DNA of 64,000 bases from the human T2T-CHM13v2.0 reference genome, Homo sapiens. This document shows positions 31,758 to 46,100 of this stretch, piece by piece. The stretch is taken from assembly GCF_009914755.1 (NCBI RefSeq), contig NC_060925.1; one strand, written 5' to 3'. The translations under genes and the position numbers were made by a program. How positions within the stretch are numbered: the stretch's first letter is position 1; every line of letters starts with the position of its first letter. A model generated the notes under the pieces. That model was not told the origin of the DNA and made no database searches. It worked only from the letters and a program-made list of their open reading frames with translations.

Positions 31758-34700
31758 ACTCCTTTTCATAAACCTGAGGTTAATATTTTGTAAAGGGTAA
31801 TGTGAAAGAGTGAAAAAACCAGAGAAGAATTTATAGTTTCACAAAGCAGTGTCCTCACATTACCTAGTTTTCTAATAAAATCCAAAAGTTCTAGGCAAAA
31901 ATCCAGATGTTCTAAGAAATCCTCATGGTTAATATTATGAAAACACATATTCCATCTGAGCATGAATTTATTTAACCATCCAAATACATCATCATGGAAT
32001 TCTGATCAGTGAAATTGAGTATATTTGGTTAAATAATGAAATTTTCTTCATCACACATGTAGTTTTGAACGCTTACCAGGTCAGTCAGGCTTCCTGCTTA
32101 GTACCCTGTGCTCCCTCCTATAGAGGTATAATACAATTTGGGACTTTCCCAGGTAAAATTTTTCCTCTTCTGGCATATTTACCTTTACTACATTTTTATA
32201 GTTTTTCACAGTGTTATAATCATTTGCCATCACATTTTTTACTTGGGAAGCACACATTTGTATGTCTCATATTAAGGATTCAGTCTTCTTGGAATTACAT
32301 TTTCAAAGTCATTATTGGAAATGTAATTTTTAGTAAGCAAACTATTTGCTTTCCTGTATAACTGAAATTATGACTCATTCAGTGGAGTGCTCAGAGCTTG
32401 CTCAATTTAAGAGAATTTTATTATGAAAACATAAATCTCTTTAAAAAACCATGGCATGTTTCTCCCCTAACCCCCAAGCAGTTAGTTCAAGTAGAGACCC
32501 TCTAGAAAACAGCACCTTGTGTTGACTAAGAGTTTTGCAACCATGTCAAAGGCCAGGTATTAAAATTGCTATTGTTGAGCTGATAACTGAGTAGAAATTT
32601 GCCAGGAATTTAACAGATAACAAGGAAAGTACCTGATAAAGAGTGAGATCTGTTGAAGAGCAGTCATTACCACCATCACAATGGCTCAGAAAAATTGCTT
32701 TGTTTGGAAAAGGAGGGTTTGTGTGACTGCTAGGGAGATGTTTTATATTCATTGGTCATTTGTTTGGTTAGGTGTTTAATGGACACATATTGTATATTAG
32801 ATACTGTGCTTAGCACTTAGTGAGAATAATTGCTCTAGTTCCTGTTCCTGTAAGACAGAATGTATGAAATCCAGGAGCAACAACTAAGTAGGGAATCTTT
32901 TTCTCTTCCTGCTATTTGCTCTGTTTTATAATACAGGAAAATTCTGTAGAGGGTTTAGTCACTCCCTGATTTAACTTGTGACTCTCGGAGAACTCACAAC
33001 AGAAATAATGGCCATCTGCATGATTTAATAAGTGGGATTTGACCCAAATGGTTCAGAAGTCTTAGGGACTGTGGACAAACCAAAAAGTTACTTAACTTTT
33101 AGGGTTCTGAATGGATATATAGAAGTATTGTAAAAACATGTGGAGAAAAAATTGAGGAGAAAAGCATTCAGTGATTGATAATTACGGCTTTGTGAGGCAG
33201 GAAGTAAATTGTACTACATTCCGTGAAAAATATTCCAAATTGTTCTAGATTGAGATTTAAAGACAATTTCTAAGAATAACAATTGGGTACATCTATATAC
33301 TGTTCCATCTTTATAAAGGATGAGTGAGTGACATCATGTGTTGATTTTTCTTTCTTTATGATCATGAGACTGCTGTTCTCATGGCAGTTTTCCCAATTTA
33401 AGAACAAGTACCTACAGGGACACGGACAACTTCTTGAATGCTAAAATTTAAAATCCCCAAATATAAGTTCAAATGACACCTTTTTTGGCATTCTGGTTTT
33501 CCGACTCAATGGCATATGAAAAGTTTAGTTTAGTAGGTAAGCTGTTGTTTAATACTGAAGTCATATTTCCATTTGTTATAAAGAAAATAGGATTTATAAC
33601 ATCATTAAAAGGGGTTCTCAGTCCTTGAAGCAGTGAGAAACACCTTATTCAGTAAAATTACTTAATAACACAATAAGATATACTAAAACAGAAATTAAGA
33701 TTTTCCCTCCTTCATATTAAGACAGGATAGCTTTAATTAATAAAAGTAAAGTCAAGCAAACCCCCCAAAATTAAAATCCATGTTTGATATTTAAGCTAAA
33801 ATACTTATAGGCTGATTTAAAGGAATGATCCCTACTTTCTTTAAAATGGAGTTATATATCTATGTTTATATTCTGTAACAGATATGCCATTTTAGAAAAT
33901 CAGAAGAGATGTATGGAACTGATAACCTTAGTCCGGAGTGGCTAGGTTATCCTTTAAAACCAGGATATATCTTTTTTCTTCCTTCCTAAATATTTTGTTA
34001 TTCAGAAAAAAATTCACAGAAAAAGAAAATTATATTTAACTAAGAGGGGATGTTGTATGCCCAAGTTCTTTAGCATGGAAGAGGGCCGATGGCTGGGAAC
34101 GCTGGAGAGAGGACAGAGCAAGGTAAGGAGGCTCTTGGTGGAATGATGCTTGTCCTCAGACCCACGTGGTTTCTAGGTGAGAACCTTGAGGAGAAGAGGC
34201 ATGCCTTGTGCAATTTGGTATTTCCTGCCTTAGCTAAGTACCTCCCAGGCAGTATGAGCAAAATAGGTTGGTGGATAAATGATAAGAAGGACAGTAGGTG
34301 ACATCATAGGTGACGTGGACCACTGGGTTCAATGAAGGAGCCTGTGTTTTGGAGCTATTCAGACACCTGTGTTAAACTCTAGCTCTGCTACCCCTTTCTT
34401 GGGTGGCCTGACATATGTTATTTTCTCTACTGAGATTGTGATATCTCCATTTTAAAGTGGGATACTTACTGTTGGGATTTCAAGGAGCCCATACAAACTG
34501 GTCTTTCATTCCTGAGTTCCAAAGAGACCATGAGAGTGATGGCAATTGGATCATCAGCTTTATTGCTGCAAAAGGAAGCTGGCAATGTGACTTAGTTCTA
34601 TGGCCGCATGGTCTTAACTAACAGCCCTGCCCTAAGTCAATGGAAGTGTGAAGCGTGAGAATGCAACTCCCCTCAACACCTACCCACAGGGTGTTAGGAT

Positions 34701-34871
34701 GGAATGATTTCGTTCATGGAGGTAATCAGTAAGTCTTCCTTCTCATCCCACTCTTCCAATCTGATTTTGAATATTCTGTAAATCAGTGGAAATGAGCATA
34801 TTAACTGGGTTAGGCAGGGTTTACAGAGCCAATTTTTCTTTCTTTCTTTTTTTTTTTTTAAGTCTTCTAGG

Positions 34872-35173
<302 letters not shown>

Positions 35174-36835
35174 TTAAAAGGTGTCTGCCACGGCCTCATG
35201 GGTTGTTCTGTTGCCTAATCAATGATTCTTTGGAGCCAGCTAGAATAGGGCTTTCTTAATGCTGGGTAGAGGGACTGTTTCCAGCAAATGTTTAGGAAAC
35301 CTGCTTTGTGGAGATAATGGTTTCCTAGCAATAATACCAGCCTGAACTTTCCTGAGCTATATTTTTTGTAGTTTAATCTACTAGATTGGATTAGGCTCTG
35401 ACTGAGTTCCTTACACAAGCAATAAGGGCAAGAGATCCGGAGAGAGATTACACCATCTAAAAGAAGCTGTCACATGTCATATAAGAATGTCAGGATGAGT
35501 AGACTTATTTTAACTACTTGGAAAAGTTTATAAGATTCCCAAAACCTTTATACCTCCACACTTTTTTGTTATTTTTATTACCATCTGTTTACTGTCCTAT
35601 TATGATTAGCCAGAAAGCTCTTAAAATGGAAAGGATTTATGTGCATGATTTTAGTGGTAGTAAAGAAAAAAGAGCAGTGGAGTGAATATTTCTGCCAGGT
35701 CGGTGGGGAACCTAGGAGGGGAGAGTGGGCTGTAGCATCTTGTAGGCTGCATCTCAGAAGTCTGTGGAAAGAGAAAAAACAGAGCGTGGGAGACAGGGGC
35801 AGTGGCCCTGTCAATAACAAGAAGTCAATAATAGAAATTACACTCGATTCTTAGTAAGCCAGAGACAAATAGGTAGGTTTCCTCAACATAGCTAGACTGA
35901 AATTAATGCTTGTAAAAGTCAAGAAGTTTTTTAAAAGGTATTTCCTAATTTATTCCTAATTTAAAAATAAAACATTTTTTCTTAGCAAGTTATCCTGACA
36001 TCACAGATATGTTAATTTGGATAAGATTCTTAGATGAAGTGAATTGATTAATGTGAAAATTAATTCATGAATCTTAGATATCAGCAAGTGAGTAGGATTT
36101 GGGAGTTGTTTGACAATATTTCTTATATATAGTATTCGTTTTTCCTAGATCATCTGACTGCCAGTATTTCATCTTGAGAGTGGCAATTTAAAAAGGAAAA
36201 GCATTTTTTTCCCCTGGGCTTAGACTCCACTAAAACTTGTGGGTTGAACATTTTACCCAAATATAGACCTTTTAGTGATTAAGCTAATTTACTCTTTTCA
36301 AACTGTGACATCCTGTTTATAAGAAAGAAGACTTATAAAAAGTAATCTGAGCATGAACTAACTCTTCTAAAGTCAACATCTTGGTGAACTTATGTGTTAA
36401 ATGAGTCACAAATATTTGGATGAAGATTTTTTCTGGTTTTGAAAGGGAAAGTACTTGGGAAAAAATGTCATTTTGGTTTCATTGAAATGGAAACATTTGA
36501 AAAAATGAAATTCACTGGTGAGACTATCATGTAACAGGTTTACACACATATTTCTTAAGTCAGTTCTGTGAAGTTTTAGAGCCGTATCCTCCATGGGCCA
36601 ACTCTTAACCATCACGAGATGCATTTATAATTATTCCCAGAAATAAGCTTTTAATGTTGCAAAAAGTAAAAATTTTATAATATTTGAAAGTAATATTATT
36701 CACTTTGTAAAATGTGTTCTAAAATTATTTTTGTCCCAAAAGAAAGCTGAACGATGCCTATTCAAATTATTTACCTGACAGAAAAATGCTTTTTATTGAC
36801 CCTTTATTATTTGAAAATGTCATTATGAGCAACTT

Positions 36836-37120
36836 AAAATTTAATTTCTCTACAATAATGTTATACTCAGTATTTTATACTTGATTTAATATATACTTGC
36901 AATGCATACTTGATTTTTAATATATACCTGCAATTTATTAGCAAAATTAAATTTCTCTACAATAATGTTATACTCAGTATTTTATACTTGATTTTAATAT
37001 ATACTTGCAATTTATACTTGATTTTTAATATATACCTGCAACTTATTAGCAAAATTTAATTTCTCTACAATAATGTTATACTCAGTATTTTATACTTGAT
37101 CTTTGATATACTTGCAATTT
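36836..37120. repeat. AT-rich minisatellite, about 2.7 copies of 107-108 bp with an internal ~30-bp subrepeat
   Basis: Anchor TTTCTCTACAATAATGTTATACTCAG at 36845, 36952 and 37060. Confidence 0.92.
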
Positions 37121-38808
37121 ACTGGCTGAATTTTTGTGAATTGGGCAAATCCATGCTCTGTTTAAGCACCTCCAGTCTCTATGCTGTTGGTCCTAAAATC
37201 CTTATCTTCTGCCCTGTTCTATTAAGTGTTAGATTTGCATGTAAGGATCTTGTTGGTTATTACCTCAAGCACTTCGAACCTGTCAGTTCTCAGTTTTAAT
37301 TACTTTTTTTTTTTTAAAGTCACTCTTTCTTCCCCTATTCAGTTACAATATCTTTGGTCTTTGGTCACCAGAGAGCTCTTCCTCTCACTTATCCCACCAA
37401 GTAATTGGCCATGAATCCTTGATGATTCGGCCTGTAAAATGACTCTTCTTGCCATCTCTGCCCTATCTCAGACACAATAATTTCTTAGCTAATTCAGAAC
37501 AAAAGCTTCTCATGGGGCTTCCCTGTCAATTTGTTCTTCTCTGCCACTAGATCTTTCTGTGGAGATAGTCAAACACGAATACACAGGACTTATCTCCCGA
37601 GAGACTTTTACCTATTCTCCATGGAGTTAAGATCAAATCTTTACAATCTGATACAGCCTACTTTTTCTAGATTTCTCTCTTCTACTTATCTGCTCTTTGG
37701 CCCAATACATGTGGAGATTCATCCATGACTAAAAGTCATTTGACTATACTATATATTTTCCACACTGTGCTATTCCATGTTTTGATCCTCATTACCTAAG
37801 ACTCACTTTTCCCCTTCTTACTTTCCTTCTTCCAGAAGTAAAAATCACTTCTTCTATGTCCTCTCATAGTACTTTGCCATCATGCAATATACCCCATTGA
37901 GGTTAACTGTCTATATGAGGATTTCTTGGGCTAAATTATGAATTTTTCAAGGGAGGTATTTGATTTCTTACTTGTGAAAATAAAAATAGTTTCACTGTTG
38001 GGACTTAATAAATGCCCCCATATTAATGGGGTACTAAACAAAGGGTGTGTTGAAATGAACCCAGATTCTTATAGGTATAGTTATTGTTCCAAGTGGATGG
38101 AGAAGTACTTCAAGGATTAGAGTAAAAAAAAACAAGAGCCTTGCCAATATTTTTTTTCTTGAGAGCTACGGTTTTATTTTATGACAGTCATGGGAATTTC
38201 TCAGAAAAGTCAGAGAATAATGAATGGTAGTATTACCTGCAAATTTCTATTTGTTTTCATTCGAACCATCAAGTCATTGTCTCTGGCATTTGTTAGTGAT
38301 TCATTGTATTGATGACTTTAAAATAAGAACCATCACTAGAGTTGTTCACTTGCTGTTCAGTTTGGCATTAAGTTGATTAGCTAGCATGTATTTATTGGCA
38401 ATGAGGTAAATATGCTAAGTTAAATGCACACCAATAAAAGTGTAATCCCTATCTTCTATTTGTTAAAATAGAGGTGGAAAAAGAAACTTAGTACACATAG
38501 AATAATTAAGTACTAGACTGAGATGGATTATATAAATGTAAATGAAACATGGAGCAAGGAAAAATCATGATGATCTGAAGAAGCAATGAAAGTTTTCATT
38601 AAGAAAAACAACTTGTTCTTGAAAAATAGGTAAGAATTACGAGTGAAAAGGAGAAATTCAAAATGAAGAAAATAATGTAACTCCATTGATAAGAATACTA
38701 GATTTCTATGTTTTGCAAACCAAAATTTAGTTAGTAATTTTAGCAATACCTAGATTGTTTACTTTTAAGACTATGAAGTTATTTTGTTTTACTTTGTTTT
38801 GTCTCCAG

Positions 38809-38948
38809 GTGGATCCGATATTGAATATCTGGACTTCTATAAGCCTGTCGTGTGGTTCTGGATCCTTGTAGGGCTTGCTTACTTTGCTGCTGTCCTGAGC
38901 ATGATTGGAGATTGGCTCCGAGTGATATCTAAAAAGACAAAAGAAGAG
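38809..38948 (+). CDS. KCNK2: TREK-1 internal exon (exon 6, 140 nt, phase 1 to 0): M4 and proximal C-terminus
   Basis: Acceptor ttttgtctccag|GT, donor GAG|gtgaga. Translates (G)[46 protein letters not shown], in frame with exon 5. Confidence 0.98.
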
Positions 38949-39942
38949 GTGAGAATTAAGAAGTGTGCAAAAAACTTCTATTTAGTTAATTCAATAAAGG
39001 TTATTTTAAATTATTTTTATGTTTACATTTAAAATATTTAAACATTTTAAAATGTTAATATTTTCTATTTGGCATGAATTTGCTGTATTAGGCTATGAGC
39101 AAATATATGAGTTGTAATTTATTCACTTAGAAAATGTTTCTGTGCCAATTGCTGTCTCAGAACTGAGGGTAATTTCTAATGAAAAAGGATGTAACTAGAA
39201 ACATTTTCTTCATTATTTCTTTTTTTTTTGTTTTCTTTCTTTTGTTCTCAAGAGCACAAAATAAATTTTATTCTGTAAATAAAAATATAATAGAAAATAT
39301 TTGTATCAAGATATCAGTAGCATGAAATAGTGGATGTTTTAAATAATGTGGAAGGCTTTTTACCTTTAACTTATTTTATTTTTCTTATGTCTATATAAAT
39401 TTGTACGTACACATGTATATATATTCCAAAGCTGTATGCATTATGGCCGTTTTCCCTGTATATAGATTTTAACAATTTTAAAAGGTGTCAATTTACTTAT
39501 CTTATACAACTAAACATATAGAAGTGAACATTAGAATTTTGACCCATGAAATTTGGGAAAATTTGAAATTTAAATATTGATTTTGAAATTCTATTGTTTG
39601 GAAATTAAATTTTGATTTCATATTTACATATCCAGGATCACTATTAGTTTGAATGTGACAGGGTAATGTTTTATTATGAAATGTGTATTTCTTGCTTCTG
39701 GGTCTTAGTCAACTTTGCTAATTGTTTCAGAGAACAACAAATCTGTAAAACCTGTCCCTATAGTACCCATTGCCTTCGTTTAACTATCTATTCCTAGACC
39801 ACAGATATCAGTGTCAGACTCTTTCATGGCTATAAGCATGAATTCTTTAAGTATACACCCAAAAGAAATAGAATAAGATAGAAAATGATGAAATTAACTT
39901 CCCTTTACAAATGTTTTCTTTGAAAATTATCAAGTCATATAA

Positions 39943-40240
<298 letters not shown>

Positions 40241-41100
40241 AAGTCATACAATTTTTTATTCATACCCAAGGTGCCTGTGTGAACTAGCAAGAATGTAAAT
40301 TATCCATACTTTACTTCAAGGATACCATATTTCCTAATTGGGAATTTACTTATTCAGTCTGTATGCATTAGTCTATATCTTAGTTGCATCATCAAATTGA
40401 AATATTTTTATTATAAACAAGTCAGTAAGACAATATGCTTGACACTATAATTTAAACTGTATGAAAAGCCTTGCTTTGAATAGGACCGCAATGGATTTGC
40501 CTTAACCTTAGGCTCATTGTATGTGGTGTGCGTGTGTGAGTGTGGTGTGTGTGGGGGCGGTGGGAGATGGGAGAGAGAGAGAGAAGTATAATGGATGGTT
40601 ATTCTTCATGTGTACTTCATGTGTATCTTGAGATGCTAAGGGAAAAAATGGAAATTGTAGCTAGGGAATGTTTTGGACAACATAGCTAAAAAGAGAACTA
40701 CTCAAACATCAAGCAATAATCTGGCTTTCAAATGGATTTGAAAACACATGCACACAAGCATGTATTTCTTAAATAAAACAGACTTGAGCAGAACCTATTT
40801 CATACGGTCAGGTAGTTAGGAAAAGTATTGTTTTGCGATACACAAATACACAGATATAATATTATAAATAAACTATGTATTATATACATACACACTTAAT
40901 ATCTTAATATTTTTGTGGTCCACAATCCAAAAGTTTGAAAGCCACTAAGGCACAGATAGTACAGAGGGAAATTTTGTACCTTTATAAATTGATGAAATTG
41001 GTATAGAATATCTGCTTAAATGTTTAAAACTTGTATTACTAAAAAACAGTGCTTTTTGTGATAGGACTAGCTGGGTCAAAGAATTAGCATACTTTTCCAA

Positions 41101-41513
41101 AGTAATGAGTCTGCTCTAGCTGTTACAACAAAATAGGACGGACTGGGTGTTATAACATGGGACTTTTTTTCCTCACAATTCTGGAAGCTAGAAGTCCAAG
41201 AAGGTGCTAGCAGGGTTGGTTTCTGGTGAGGCCTCTCTGCTAGGCTTGCGGGTGGTGCCTTCCCACTGTGTCCTCATATGGCCTTTTCTCTGTGTGCATG
41301 CATGAGAGAGAGTGAGAGATCGTGTGAGCATGCACACTCTGGTATATTTTTCTCTTCTTAAAAGGACACCAGTCCTATCGGATTAGGGCCCCACTTTTTT
41401 GACCTCATTGAACCTTAATTACCTTCTTTAAAGCCGTGTCTCCAAATGCAGTCACACTGGGGCTTAGGGCTTCAACATATGACTTTTGGGGAGACACAAA
41501 TCAGGCCATAACA
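41101..41513 (-). mobile_element. MLT1A-like solo LTR
   Basis: CTCACAATTCTGGAAGCTAGAAGTCCAAG..GGATTAGGGCCCCAC..GAGACACAAATCAGGCCATAACA. Confidence 0.8.
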
Positions 41514-41571
41514 CCATCTTTTCAAATAAATACAAATTTCTACATAACTGATTTATTCAAAATGAAAACAA

Positions 41572-41890
41572 GACCGGGTGGGGTTGCTTACGCCTGTAAT
41601 CCCAGCACTTTGGGAGGCCAAGGCAGGCAGATCACTTGAGCCTAGCAGTTTAAGATCAGTCTAGCCAACATGGTGAAACTTCATCTCTACTAAAAATACA
41701 AAAATTAGCTGGGCATGGGGGTGGATGCCTGTAGTCCCAGCTACAGTGAGAGTGAGGCAGGGGAATCCTTTGAACCTGGGAGGCGAAGGTTGCAGTGAGC
41801 AGAGATGGCGCTACTGTACTCCAGCCTGGGTAACAGAGCCAGACTTTGTCTCAAACAAACAAACAAACAAGCAAACAAACAAAAAAAACA
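41572..41890 (+). mobile_element. AluS, sense, (CAAA)n tail
   Basis: Full dimer motifs. Confidence 0.93.
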
Positions 41891-42884
41891 AGGTTGTGTC
41901 CCTACTTATGAGTGATCTTCATGACTCTCAACTGAAAGTATGAGGTGTAGCATTGTGTTTTCATGCTAGTTAAACATTGCAGGGTTTTTTGGTTTTGTTT
42001 TTTGTTTTTTCTTACCACACATCTTTTGGCATGTACCTAATATTCTGGGTAGCATGTACTTTCTGGTGATTGCATCTGTCGAAAGCTCCCATGAGTCAAG
42101 GCTATGACCAGAGCTTTAAGTGAACCCTCCAAAGTTTCAGCTGCTCTGGACGGGGGAGCCAGTTGAAATGGAGCTTTCAATTGGAGTAGATATGTGTATT
42201 TTCTGATTTATAATGTAATTTAGGGAACTGCAAAATGGGGTCATGAATTCAACAGAGAATGTGAAGAAAGACAGGGAAAGGCCCCTTATAATTTTCAAAA
42301 TATTATCATGGCCAAAGTTTTTATAAACAAAATACTGTTAAAATTTCTAAAGCAATGGAAAACGATTATTAGACAATTTTAGTTTTGAAATAACTCACTA
42401 AAGGGTATAAATCAATAAAAGCCAACTAAATATATTCTAGTTGTCATCTCTGTGTAAATGAACAAATGCCAGGTGACTGCTCAATAGATATTCCTTACTT
42501 TCCATGCCCAAGTCATTCTGGGCGCTGTTAGTTTTAAAAACTCCCAAAGTGTTAAGAAATAACAAAGTTATTTCTAGTTTTCAGTTTTGATGAATAAAAA
42601 CACTAAACATTTTTGATAACTGGGAATCTTCTTCACTAAAAGATTTAACTGGTACAAAATATAAAAAATACAAAATTAAATATAGCTTCAAATTTTCCAA
42701 GTGATAATACTTGGACACATGCTTTCCCTGAATGAAAAGATTTTGGCTAATAACCCCAGTCTTATATTATTTTTTCAAAAACAAATCTGCTTAAACCATA
42801 CAGGTTTAAGTGTGAAAATATAGATCTAGTCATATATGCCCTTATTCCATTTCTGTTTTTTATGTTAAAACATATTCTGTTTCC

Positions 42885-43192
42885 AGCCAGGCGCTGTGGC
42901 TCATGCCTGTACTTTGGGAGGCTGAGGCGGGAGGATCACCAGAGGTCAGGAGTTTGATACCAGCCTGGCAAATATGGTGAAACCCTGTCTCTACTAAAAA
43001 TACAAAAATTAGCTGGGTATGGGGGTGGGTGCCTGTAGTCCCAGCTACTCAGGAGGCTGAGGCAGGAGAATTGCTTGGACCCGGGGAGGCAGAGGTTCCA
43101 GTGAGCCGAGATCATGCCACTGCACTCCAGCCTGGGTGACAGAGCAAGACTCCATCTCCAAAAAAATAAAAATAAAATAAAAAATAAAATAA
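42885..43192 (+). mobile_element. AluS, sense, (TAAAA)n tail
   Basis: TSD ATTCTGTTTCCA on both sides. Confidence 0.95.
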
Positions 43193-46100
43193 ATTCTGTT
43201 TCCAATGAAGAATAGTTTTAATGAAATTATGTTTTGTTTTCCATCAACATGCTGAAATAAAACATGGTATAGCTAATCCATCTGAAATATTTGAAGAGGA
43301 AATGATTTGTTGAAACATACTATATATTCAAAAGTGCCACATATAATTATAGTTGATCTGCATCAAGGAAAACAATAATGAGCTTGGTAATTTTCCAGTT
43401 TTCCATGGAAACATATGCATTTCTGTAAAAGCATTTCTTTGTCTATTTTTTAAGCTCCAGTGGAGGGTAGGCACATGTTTAACAGAAAGGATTGGTAAGC
43501 TAACTTATCTTTTCTATGAAACTATGTACTCTCTTCTGAGGAAATAATGTTTCCATTTACAAAATAAAACTTATTTAGATATTCTGGATAATACAATAAT
43601 ACTGCTACCTGAGGGAGGCATAATAGAAATAAGATGTGACCACAAGACTCAGAAGGTAAAATCTGTGCTTGCTTAGGAGGAAAGCAGGGAGTAGAGCATC
43701 GTTACTACACACAGGCATACCTCAGGTTCCTACTGTTTACATTTCTTGAGCTTGAAAGGGCCTGTGATTTCTACATATTTCTTCTATCGATGCCCAAGCA
43801 CCGGTGTTTGGGTGTTCCTGTGCACATATGAGATAAACACCACTGCGGCCCACACCATAGCATGCTAGTGTTGTCAGGCTGGGTGGCACCACAGCTGGCC
43901 ACAGTGAATTGATAGGCAAGCAATGCTTCTCTACCAATATCATTTCCTTAGTCTCCGGAGATGTTTATGCAAATAGAGGCTCTCACTTTAGTAAGTTGGC
44001 ATTGTATTGTATGAAAACTACACCCTTTGACTGGACAACGCTAGTGCCAAGAAGCCTTGAAAGACTGTCCCTGAATTTTTATTTCACCCCAATTTTGTGA
44101 AGGGGCCTGAGAATGTGAAAGAACATAGCTTTGTTTTGTTTTGCTAATTACCTGGTGGCAGCATTTGGTCTCCTCTAAATTTCACTCTGGGTGGCAATGA
44201 CTGTTTCAGGAAAAGAGCTGGGACTTGGAGGCTCTTTATCTTTGCCAGAGATGAGCAATTAAGAAATAGTTGCAGCCTGGGCCCTGGAAAGTTTGCAGTA
44301 GATCACTTTATCATTATTTCTTATGGGAGAAGTGCTTTCAATCTGAAAGATTTTATATGCCATTTGAATAGCTTAGACTTTATTCAGAAAACAGGATTTT
44401 AAGTAAGTGGAATGAATGATGTTAGCAACAGTGAGGAAGATGAATTAGTTGCAAACAAAGCTGGATTCAGGAAAATCAGTTGGGAGAGTTATTGCAAGTA
44501 TCCAGATACTATCAAACGAAGGGTCTAGGGTAGCAGTGGGATAGAGATGAAAGTTCAGATTTCAAACATATTTGGGGGATAAAAGGAACAGAATTTGGTA
44601 ACCCATTAATTGTGCACAATAAAGAGAAAAGGAGAATGACATCCATAATTCTAACTTTGGGTGGGATTACAGAATGCTGGAAAATGAGAGATTTTGCGTA
44701 AATTGGAGCAATGAGATAGTTTTATTTTGGACATGTTGTGATTGCAGACGTAGCCGATATCCAGGTAGTTAAATTCTAGAAAATTGCATCTGCGTGCCTG
44801 GAATGTAGGAGAAATTAAAGCTGGGAAGATAGTTTGGGGCCATCACTACCTGAGAGCTGTGAATATAGACGAATTCACCTAATGAAGATTCGTAAAGTTA
44901 GTCAATAGTGGAGGTAAAAACAGAACCTGGAGTAACACCTTCACTTAAGGTGTGGGATGTGGAGACTATTTAGCAAATAATGTAGTTAAATAAATTGATT
45001 TGTGGTTGGGTCTGTTGGAAAGGCAAAGGCATCGAGGTTTTGAAGAGAGGAAGATGGTTACAGTGGTAGATCATATTGGCTAAAGAAAATGGTGAAGAAA
45101 AAGAATCCAAGAAAAGGCTAACATAATAACATAAAATCGATGAATAAAGTAACTAGAATTCCCCATTAGGTTGTGCTCCTGATGCACCACTCTTGTAGAA
45201 AGCAATGTAAATCTTGTTCCCTGGCATGGGTGCAATACAGTAGCTATATCTTAAGATAGTTCCGGCCACATAAAACACAATTTCAAAGGGCAACAGTCAC
45301 AGTGTTTTTATGGAAATGGGAGCCCTTGGAGCATGACTAATAGAAATCCATATGAATGGTGCCCTGGGGAATTGAGCCATGGCATGGAGACCAGTTAGGA
45401 ATTAGAATTATTTAATGTTGAGTTCCTAAATTATTAATTCATTCAAAAAGTGCTATTAAGTTCTTACTATGTGATGAGTGCTGTATTGGGTGCTGGGAGT
45501 AACTCTTCATCTGTGGTAGTTTGAAGTCCATCTCTTTATTGGGAGGATTGCGTAGGTGGTGTGTTCGCTTACTGATCTTTATAATGCTTGCTTTTACTTT
45601 TCTTCCTCCAATGCTAGAAAAAGAAGCTTTGACTAAGAAGGTACTTAGTCTTTGATTGGAGATCAGTTCTTAACGTAGCCTGCTTTTACTTTTTTCTTTT
45701 CTTTTTCTTCTTCCCACCCTCCATCACTCCCTTCCTTCTTTTCTTTGATCTTCAGACTATATATCAGACTTTGTAATTATTGCTTTGATTTCTATCATAT
45801 TGTAGGGCAGGGGGGCAATACTGTTTGGTACAATTTTTCTGGCAGTGTTTCTTGTTGTTATTGTTCTCTTACTGAGATATTCAAGTAGTTATAAATGACT
45901 ACTTGAAATTGGACTATGGGCATATTATTCATTGACTGTAAAATTTCTCAGGTTTATGTCTTACACTTGTAACTCTTCTTTGACCAAAGGATAAGAATAA
46001 AATAAAATAGAAGCAGGAAGCGTCACAATGGGCTGTTCAAACTAAGGAATACACAAAAGACCCGTCTTCTCTTTCCCACGGGGAGAGGGGTGTCCTTCAC

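Noticed and set aside
34297-34317. Paired CRE-like motifs (TGACATCA, TGACGT)
   Set aside because: Short imperfect motifs expected by chance, with no supporting context.
38784-39032. 82-aa ORF as a stand-alone gene
   Set aside because: It is KCNK2 exon 6 plus flanking intron read in frame.
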